Below are positions 57,667-64,000 of a stretch of DNA of 64,000 bases, in pieces. The stretch spans positions 14,442-78,441 of the forward strand of contig JAQBQT010000027.1 in the NCBI GenBank assembly GCA_028286835.1, written 5' to 3'. Numbering within the stretch: position 1 is the stretch's first letter; the number at the start of each line of letters is the position of its first letter. A model generated the notes under the pieces. It had not been told where the DNA came from and did not search any database. It was given only the letters and a program-made list of their open reading frames with translations. This DNA comes from Candidatus Parcubacteria bacterium (GTDB taxonomy: Bacteria > Patescibacteriota > Minisyncoccia > Phycocordibacterales > PALSA-1337). The position numbers were made by a program, and so were the translations under genes.

Positions 57667-58551
57667 ATGAATAAATATCTACAAATAGGCGCTTTTGTCA
57701 TTCTTGGCGGTGTTACGGGCTATCTTGGCTATGCAAACCAGCAAAACACCGCCCGGCTGGAGCGCCTTTCGACGAACCTGTATTCCCTTCAGCTCTCTAT
57801 TGCCTCGACGACCCAGATCCTGCAGACAAGCATCGCCCAGACTCACGGCGATCTGGCAGATGCCCTCGCCCGCCAGCAGCAGACGGTCCAGACCCAGCTC
57901 GGCACATACCAGCAGCAGGTCAATTCGGTGGCTGGCACGGTGACTACCCTCCAGAAGCTCTCCAAGACCGACCCTGAGCTTCTCCAAAAATATTCAAAGG
58001 TCTTTTTCCTGAATGAGAACTACGCCCCGGCAGAGCTCACTGAGGTTCCGAGCACATACCGCTACAGCGACGCCAAGCATAATCTCATTGCCACAGCCGT
58101 ATGGCCGCACATGAAGCAGATGCTCGATGATGCGACCGCAGCCAAGATCGCACTCTATGTCTTCTCGTCATATCGCTCGTTCAACGAACAGAGCGCCCTC
58201 AAGAAAGACTATAAGGTCACGTACGGCGCAGGCACAGCCAACTCATTCTCGGCCGATCAGGGCTATTCAGAGCATCAGCTCGGCACTGCAGCCGACTTCA
58301 TCACTTCAGGCCTCGGCGGCCAGGTCGACGGCTTCGATAAGACAGCAGCATACAAGTGGATGACTGCCAACGCATATAAATACGGCTTCGTCCTCTCTTA
58401 TCCCTCCCAAAATCAGTATTACGTCTTCGAGCCGTGGCACTGGAGGTTCGTCGGGGTCAAGCTTGCAACGGACCTGCATAACGCTAATCAGTATTTCTAC
58501 GAATGGGATCAGCGCAAGATCGACGAGTATCTCGTGAATCTGTTCGATTAA
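57667..58551 (+). CDS. M15B (VanY-like) D,D-carboxypeptidase with coiled-coil stalk
   Basis: SSYRSF..Q, SEHQLGTAAD, EPWHWR. Confidence 0.9.
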   Translation: MNKYLQIGAFVILGGVTGYLGYANQQNTARLERLSTNLYSLQLSIASTTQILQTSIAQTHGDLADALARQQQTVQTQLGTYQQQVNSVAGTVTTLQKLSKTDPELLQKYSKVFFLNENYAPAELTEVPSTYRYSDAKHNLIATAVWPHMKQMLDDATAAKIALYVFSSYRSFNEQSALKKDYKVTYGAGTANSFSADQGYSEHQLGTAADFITSGLGGQVDGFDKTAAYKWMTANAYKYGFVLSYPSQNQYYVFEPWHWRFVGVKLATDLHNANQYFYEWDQRKIDEYLVNLFD

Positions 58552-58889
58552 AGCGTCTCCTCGGCAGCTTTGATCGCGCTAAGCAATTCTTGCCATTCAG
58601 CTTTCTTAAGAGAATCGGCCGTTTTTGCATCCCATATACCCAGCCCTATTTCCTGTCTATATGAAAGCTCTCTTGGTTTTTCCACTTCACCTGCGCAATC
58701 GAGAAGGGTGCCGAATTCTGGTATCTGCTGCAGCTGTTCGGATTGATCCAGAATCAGGGCAACTATACTGTATGCGGCTTTTTCTTCAGTCAGTTCGCCT
58801 GAATTTTTCTTATCTATTATTTTCTGGCACTCAGAAACCACGAATCTTTTTTGGTCTCTAAGACTGGACTCCGATGCGGATATCTCCAT
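58548..58889 (-). CDS. hypothetical protein
   Basis: AT-rich helical ORF; ATG 58889 lies just after the upstream gene's stop. Confidence 0.5.
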   Translation of the reverse strand: MEISASESSLRDQKRFVVSECQKIIDKKNSGELTEEKAAYSIVALILDQSEQLQQIPEFGTLLDCAGEVEKPRELSYRQEIGLGIWDAKTADSLKKAEWQELLSAIKAAEETL

Positions 58890-58894
58890 GCCTA

Positions 58895-59392
58895 TTATGA
58901 CGAAGACGATTCGCCGCCCTTTCTTCCTACAAACGGCACTAATACTGCTAGGGCGATAATAATGCCTACAGTGTTGCTCATGAGATCGAGCCATGTGTCA
59001 TTGGTCGTGCGCAGGAAGACCATGCCGCCATAGTTCTGCAGGAAATATTCTACGATCTCGTTGGCGACGCCGAGGCCTGTCACGATAAGCGAGCCCAGGA
59101 CCGCAAATTGGAATTTTGTTATAGAGATTCGGCTGTCTCTGACCGCTAAAAAGCATACGAGGAAGGCCACGAATCCCCCTCCGAAGCCGTGGAGGATGCG
59201 GTTGCCCATCTCGAGATCGCGCGTATGAAGTACGACAGCATATCCTGCGAAACTGAGGATCACAATGATGAGGACCGAGATGATCGATCGCGCCCCAGGC
59301 CTCTCTAGCTTCTGCCCGAAGAAAAAAGGAAAGAACGCATACAAGATGAAGTACGCGGCTACCAGGCTTGCTGTGATGGTTAAGAGATACAT
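58895..59392 (-). CDS. integral membrane protein (DUF2238/VanZ-like)
   Basis: Multiple TMs; LHGFGG, NEIVEY, DTWLDL..N..G. Confidence 0.7.
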   Translation of the reverse strand: MYLLTITASLVAAYFILYAFFPFFFGQKLERPGARSIISVLIIVILSFAGYAVVLHTRDLEMGNRILHGFGGGFVAFLVCFLAVRDSRISITKFQFAVLGSLIVTGLGVANEIVEYFLQNYGGMVFLRTTNDTWLDLMSNTVGIIIALAVLVPFVGRKGGESSSS

Positions 59393-59401
59393 GGGGTCGG
59401 A

Positions 59402-60331
59402 TTAGTTTATCTTGCAGGCCGTTTTCAATTCCTGGACATCCTGTACGGTAAGCGAAAGGGTCTTGCCATGATTCACCGCATTCATGATCGAATCCGCGCC
59501 AGCGTCGTGCGAAAGCTGGAGCGCGTGCCCTAATTCATGCGCCAGAACGCGGATGAACGCGGTCTTGGTGCTGAACTGGAATATGTTTATGCGCTTTCCA
59601 TTCCTGTCCGAGATGTATACGCCCTCCTCGAACTGCGTGCCGGTGAGGCCATCCGTGTTTATGGTCTGGATGTATGAATTGATGTTGCCGATGACGGAAT
59701 TGTACGAAGCGATGAGCGTATTGATCCTGTCTGCGAGAGCGTTCACATCCTGGCGCTCGCGCTCAAGGGCATCCTGCCTGGCGATCAGGTTATTCTTCTG
59801 GGCCGTAAGCTGAGTGTACTGATCTGAAGGAGCTCCACCGTGCGCATTCCAATAGTCGGTCTGGAGATTGTATGCATCGCGGGCCTGCTTGAAGAGCGCC
59901 AAGTCATTCGTGTAGTCCTGCTGAGCCTGCTTGTAGCTGGCCTGCATGGTGTTGATCTGCGCCTTCATGGAAGCGGCGGTCTGATTCTTCTGGGTGATGG
60001 CGGAATTGAGCACTACTTCCTGCTGAGTCGTCTCTTGGCGCTTGTCGTATATGAGGCTGATCGTCAGGCTGCCCTGCGGATTGTATTCGAAAAGCTGCCG
60101 GCCGATGGCGTCGCTCCATAGCCCGCCTGCGCGGTGGATGTCATCAAGAAGCTCGCTCGAGGATATGCCGAAGCGCGGATCGATGCTGCCCAGCTTATAT
60201 TGGATGGGCACAGTGCACGGCGCCTTGGGTGCGAAGTTCTTGGCGTACACGTCATAGCCGTAAAATCCGACAGGAAGAAGAACGGCGATGAACGCCGCTG
60301 TTTTGAGACACGCCAAAAGCCATTTTTTCAT
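59402..60331 (-). CDS. matrixin (M10)-like metalloprotease with coiled-coil insert
   Basis: HELGHALQLSH plus SIMN Met-turn; N-terminal TM. Confidence 0.88.
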   Translation of the reverse strand: MKKWLLACLKTAAFIAVLLPVGFYGYDVYAKNFAPKAPCTVPIQYKLGSIDPRFGISSSELLDDIHRAGGLWSDAIGRQLFEYNPQGSLTISLIYDKRQETTQQEVVLNSAITQKNQTAASMKAQINTMQASYKQAQQDYTNDLALFKQARDAYNLQTDYWNAHGGAPSDQYTQLTAQKNNLIARQDALERERQDVNALADRINTLIASYNSVIGNINSYIQTINTDGLTGTQFEEGVYISDRNGKRINIFQFSTKTAFIRVLAHELGHALQLSHDAGADSIMNAVNHGKTLSLTVQDVQELKTACKIN

Positions 60332-60367
60332 GTGCCGTACAGTATACCAAAAGCCACCGTTTAGTCC

Positions 60368-61255
60368 CTAATCGGCCGAGTAGTAGCTGAAAAGGGCCTT
60401 TATGCCTGCCAGATTGCGGTCCCATTCGATGGATTCATGGGTCTTGAGCTCAACCGTGATCGCCGGAATGTTCATGGAGGCTAGCCAATCGTCGGCGGCG
60501 CCCGTCGTCGCATAGGCATCGAATGTTTTGACCGCCGGATACCCTGCGGCCTTCGAATACGCATTCATGATGGCGAGCGTGCCCGGAAGGATCCCGTTCT
60601 TGCATTGCGAAGCATAGACAGCATTCGACTGGCTGTGCCAGAAGACGGCAGAGGCAGGCTTGTAGCTCGCAATGAAATCCCGCAAAGCCTGTGCCTCGGG
60701 TTCGGAGAATGCTGAAGTGCCAGCGCTCACTGTTTTGGACTGCCACGTGCTCTTCGGCTGCCATTTGCAATCGAAGTTGCGGTTGAGATCCACGCTATGC
60801 GCGTTGAATCGGGCTTTGGCGAGAATGGTCGTACTGGTCGATACGTCAGAAGCCTTGAAGCGACCCTCTATTCCCGTCACAGCATATACTCCGTCCGGGT
60901 TTGCCGAGGGGATCACTGTGACCGTAAGGCCCTTAGGAACGGACTGGGGATTCGCCTGCAGATAGTCCATGAATGTATATGCTAGAAGGACGCTATTCCA
61001 TTCATAGCCGCCATGGATGCCGCCCACGAAGAGAAGGTGTTTCGCGCCATCTCCGTATGAGTAAGCTTCTATGTCTCGCCCTTGGACCGAGTGGCCGATG
61101 ACTTCGTGCTTAGGTCCGGCGGGCTTTGGCTCGACGACAACCGGCGTAGGCATGGGAGCGATCTTGTGCGAACCCACATACGCAAAAGCGCCGATGCCGA
61201 CAATGGCAAGGGCGACAAGTGCTGCGATCCATTTTTTTGCGCCTGGTCGCATCAA
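60368..61255 (-). CDS. M14 zinc carboxypeptidase (MpaA-like)
   Basis: GGIHGGYE, NPDG, VDLNRNF, SEPE, WHS, TVEL. Confidence 0.9.
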   Translation of the reverse strand: MMRPGAKKWIAALVALAIVGIGAFAYVGSHKIAPMPTPVVVEPKPAGPKHEVIGHSVQGRDIEAYSYGDGAKHLLFVGGIHGGYEWNSVLLAYTFMDYLQANPQSVPKGLTVTVIPSANPDGVYAVTGIEGRFKASDVSTSTTILAKARFNAHSVDLNRNFDCKWQPKSTWQSKTVSAGTSAFSEPEAQALRDFIASYKPASAVFWHSQSNAVYASQCKNGILPGTLAIMNAYSKAAGYPAVKTFDAYATTGAADDWLASMNIPAITVELKTHESIEWDRNLAGIKALFSYYSAD

Positions 61256-61258
61256 TTC

Positions 61259-62173
61259 CTAATATTTCGAGTAGTAAGAGATAAGGGCCTGAACGCCTGC
61301 AAGGTTCTTGGACCATTCCGTGTCCGTATGATTCGTGAGAAGGACGCTGATGGTCGGAATGCCTATCTTGGCGAGCCAGTTCGTCATGTCGCCTGTCGTC
61401 GTGTACGAATCGAAGCTTGCATGAGCCGCATATCCGGAGGCCTTAGCGAAGGTCTTCATGATCGTGTCTGTCTCCGTGGAAACTCCGTTGCGGCAGCTCG
61501 AGGCGTAGACACCGCCTGCAGCGCTATACCAGACGACGACCGCCGCCGGCTTGTTGGCATCTACATATGCCCGCATGGCCTTGCTCTCAGGTTCCGAGAA
61601 GGCTGAGCTTCCTCCGCTCACCGGCGTGCTCTGCCATGTGCCGGAAGCCTGCCAATCGCAATCGAAGTTGCGGTTCAAGTCCACCTTGTTCGCATTGAAG
61701 CGGCCGGCGATCTGCGTCGCCTGTGAAGCTGAGACGTCTGCCTGTGTGAAGCTCCCTGTCGTGGTGCCGACGACCTTGTACAAGCCGTCCGGGTTCACTG
61801 CAGGAATGACGGTTATCCTCACATTAGCCGGAATGGCCGATGGGTTCGCCTTCAGATAATCGACGAGCTGCTGAGCGACCTGGACCGTATTCCATTCGTA
61901 GCCGCCATGGATGCCGCCCACGAAGAGGAGCTCGGTCGTGCCTGCGCCGAAATGATATGCGGTGATAGGGCGTCCCTGCACTGATGTGCCGATCGAAGCC
62001 TCTGCCAGATTCTGCGAAGGCGTGCCGGTTGCCTGCGCATTAGTCTGCGAGGTTGTGGCTGTGGGAGTCGAGGCCTGCTCCACAGGGGGCATATTCGATG
62101 TCTTCTTGGAAATGAAGTAAATTCCGAAGCCTATAATGAGAACCACGACAATTGCGATAATGGTTTTTTTCAT
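61259..62173 (-). CDS. M14 carboxypeptidase paralog (possibly inactive)
   Basis: GGIHGGYE, NPDG, VDLNRNF, but WYS and SVLL where the neighbour has WHS and TVEL. Confidence 0.88.
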   Translation of the reverse strand: MKKTIIAIVVVLIIGFGIYFISKKTSNMPPVEQASTPTATTSQTNAQATGTPSQNLAEASIGTSVQGRPITAYHFGAGTTELLFVGGIHGGYEWNTVQVAQQLVDYLKANPSAIPANVRITVIPAVNPDGLYKVVGTTTGSFTQADVSASQATQIAGRFNANKVDLNRNFDCDWQASGTWQSTPVSGGSSAFSEPESKAMRAYVDANKPAAVVVWYSAAGGVYASSCRNGVSTETDTIMKTFAKASGYAAHASFDSYTTTGDMTNWLAKIGIPTISVLLTNHTDTEWSKNLAGVQALISYYSKY

Positions 62174-62227
62174 ATATCCATTCTAGCACGTATGGCTAGG
62201 TTGCAAGGCCGGCATGTGCTTCGGAAG

Positions 62228-62800
62228 CTAGCGGACCACTTTGTAATGCAGAGTCAAAATTCCGCCTTCTAATACGGCAGATTCGAGCAATTCAAGTTTG
62301 ACCATGGTCTGTACTTTTCTCAAGAAGGTCTTTCCTTCAGACAATATGACCGGGCTGACCGTGAATTGGAATTCATCTATCAGATCCAGCTCCATGAGGG
62401 AAAGAGCCAGAGTCGGGCTGCCGAAAATGACCAGATCCTTGCCTAGCTGCGCCTTGAGGACTGAAACCTCCTTCTGTATGTTGCCGGCGATGACCTTCGT
62501 ATTTTTCCAGTCAGGATTTTTAAGGGTCGTCGAGAAGACAACTTTCTCTGTATCTTCAAGCCATTTGACGTGCACCCTATCATGTTCAGAGGATGCTTCG
62601 GGGTCTGCGGTCACAGACTGCCAGTAGCCTTTCATTAGCTCGTATGTCACGCGTCCGTAGAGCGGGGATCCGACTGTGCTCACCATCTTTTCGCCATACT
62701 TCATCAGCGCGTCATTATACGGGATCCATTCAAGTCCTCCTTCCAAGGTTGCGCAAAACCCGTCCAAGGACTGATGCATGAAGAGTACGACTTTTCTCAT
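62228..62800 (-). CDS. dihydrofolate reductase family protein (RibD C-terminal-like)
   Basis: SLDGF, GRVTYE, K.VFSTTL, GSPTL, LIDE, PVIL. Confidence 0.9.
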   Translation of the reverse strand: MRKVVLFMHQSLDGFCATLEGGLEWIPYNDALMKYGEKMVSTVGSPLYGRVTYELMKGYWQSVTADPEASSEHDRVHVKWLEDTEKVVFSTTLKNPDWKNTKVIAGNIQKEVSVLKAQLGKDLVIFGSPTLALSLMELDLIDEFQFTVSPVILSEGKTFLRKVQTMVKLELLESAVLEGGILTLHYKVVR

Positions 62801-62904
62801 GCGCTCAGTATACCAATATATCTACTGCTTGTGGGACGCTTGCCTAAAAGCAAAAGCCGTTAGGCTATCGACTTTGGATGCTATTTGCAGGGCCCGTTCA
62901 AATC

Positions 62905-63333
62905 TTATTTGTTTGGATCAAATTCTATGATCCACTCGATACCGTATTTATCCCTAAACATGCCAGCATATGTTCCCCATGGACTGTCACCAAGAGGTCC
63001 TTCTACCTGTCCTCCGGCCGAAAGCCCGTTACATACTCTTTCAGCTTCTTCTTTGCTGTCTATTCCTAGATGGATTTTGCTTCTATTCTCATTTTCATTT
63101 ACCTTTCCCATAAATTCGGGTACATCATTTCCTATGAGCATGTTCGCGTCACCGATAGGCAGAATGATCTGCAAGATCTTGTTCGCATCCTTTTCTGCAA
63201 CCGGGAATTCAGTACCTGAAAGATCCTTGAAACGGATCACTTTCGTGAACTCGCCGCCAAAAACAGATCTGTAAAAATCAAACGCCTCTTCGGCATTGCC
63301 ATTAAAATTGATCCAGGGGCTTATTGTTGTCAT
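62905..63333 (-). CDS. VOC family protein (PhnB-like)
   Basis: PWINFNGNAEEAFDFYRSVFGG, PWG, DKYGIEW. Confidence 0.9.
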   Translation of the reverse strand: MTTISPWINFNGNAEEAFDFYRSVFGGEFTKVIRFKDLSGTEFPVAEKDANKILQIILPIGDANMLIGNDVPEFMGKVNENENRSKIHLGIDSKEEAERVCNGLSAGGQVEGPLGDSPWGTYAGMFRDKYGIEWIIEFDPNK

Positions 63334-63372
63334 GACTATAACTATATAATATTTTTAAATTTTAACTGTCTT

Positions 63373-63774
63373 TCAGACAGTCTTGATCTGACGCATATAG
63401 AAAACATTCCACTTGTGATGATCGACGTCTGCAAAGCTTCTGCCATATATCGTACCCATATCTGCCGGTTCGTGAAGCTCTGAAGCGCCAGCTTTGATGG
63501 CGCCATCAACCAATGAATCGACTTCTTCTTTGCTATCCATCCCGATTGCGATGAGCACCTCGTTCCCTTTGGAAGCATCAGCCAATTCACCCATAGACGC
63601 TTCTTTGAAATGGGGCTCAGGCAGTAGCGCAAGAAACACATTTTCAGTCACATCGAAACAGGTTGCATTTTCATCCGTGAATTCAGGATTGATCAAAAGC
63701 CCCATTTGGGAGAAAAACGCCTTTGACCTTTCGATATCTTTGACAGGCAGATTAAAAATGATTTGTTTTGACAT
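63373..63774 (-). CDS. VOC/glyoxalase family protein
   Basis: NLPVKDIERSKAFF, F.DENA, YGRSF.D.DHH.W. Confidence 0.9.
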   Translation of the reverse strand: MSKQIIFNLPVKDIERSKAFFSQMGLLINPEFTDENATCFDVTENVFLALLPEPHFKEASMGELADASKGNEVLIAIGMDSKEEVDSLVDGAIKAGASELHEPADMGTIYGRSFADVDHHKWNVFYMRQIKTV

Positions 63775-63803
63775 GATGATTTGTGTTAATTATTTCTTCT
63801 ATT

Positions 63804-64000
63804 TTAGTGGCTACCCCCTCGAAGGACCTTCTTTTCTGTAACCTTATAAATTCTGCCCTTGGAATCATATGTCGTCCATTTGCCGGCAGGTTCTCCACTC
63901 TTAAAGGTTCCGGAGCGTTTGAGCGTCCCATCAGGGCGATACCATTCCCAATACCCATTCGGCTTTCCGTCCTTAACCTTCCCCCTTGACCATACAGTCT
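63804..64000 (-). CDS. MORN-variant repeat/YwqK-like small protein (5' end outside the window)
   Basis: Manual translation TVWSRGKVKDGKPNGYWEWYRPDGTLKRSGTFKSGEPAGKWTTYDSKG...; not in the ORF track. Confidence 0.75.
   Translation of the reverse strand, partial: TVWSRGKVKDGKPNGYWEWYRPDGTLKRSGTFKSGEPAGKWTTYDSKGRIYKVTEKKVLRGGSH

Noticed and set aside
63752-63958. 68-aa minus-strand ORF in the track
   Set aside because: Wrong frame; the overlapping frame ending at 63804 gives a recognisable MORN-variant/YwqK-like protein.
1-64000. Alternative genetic code (UGA recoding as in Gracilibacteria/Absconditabacteria)
   Set aside because: All long conserved genes are intact in the standard code, and TGA ends genes at plausible positions (e.g. 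uvrC, sortase, GT2).

Overview
Core chromosomal region of a small-genome bacterium, most likely Patescibacteria/CPR (Parcubacteria-like). This is inferred from the short AlaRS and UvrC, the split transketolase, CPR-typical conserved hypotheticals and the near absence of Shine-Dalgarno motifs; long genes read intact in the standard code. Most genes are on the minus strand: the end of a ribosomal operon (infA-rpmJ-rpsM-rpsK), alaS, leuS, mnmA, mltG, ychF, uvrB/A/C, ddl, pentose-phosphate/glycolysis genes (zwf, pgl, split tkt, rpe, rpiB, gap), a class F sortase with a likely substrate, an EmrAB-like efflux locus and a cluster of surface peptidases. Five tRNAs are present (Val-CAC, Ala-GGC, Pro-CGG, Ala-CGC, Ala-TGC). 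No CRISPR array, transposase or integrase was seen. Most notable observations: (1) two intergenic elements (3806-3923, 12953-13059) with dissimilar stems but the same covarying multi-hairpin fold; (2) a LeuRS with in-frame Nudix and alpha/beta-hydrolase insertions; (3) two tRNA-Ala genes each followed by the same 39-nt hairpin and a convergent cargo gene, one a PEP-CTERM protein; (4) an ECF-sigma islet that, like the PEP-CTERM gene, resembles Verrucomicrobia (Opitutae) genes from recollection; (5) an orphan CsoSCA-type carbonic anhydrase; (6) widespread -10 boxes 6-9 nt before ATG, suggesting leaderless mRNAs. Family calls come from motif recognition only; no searches were run.
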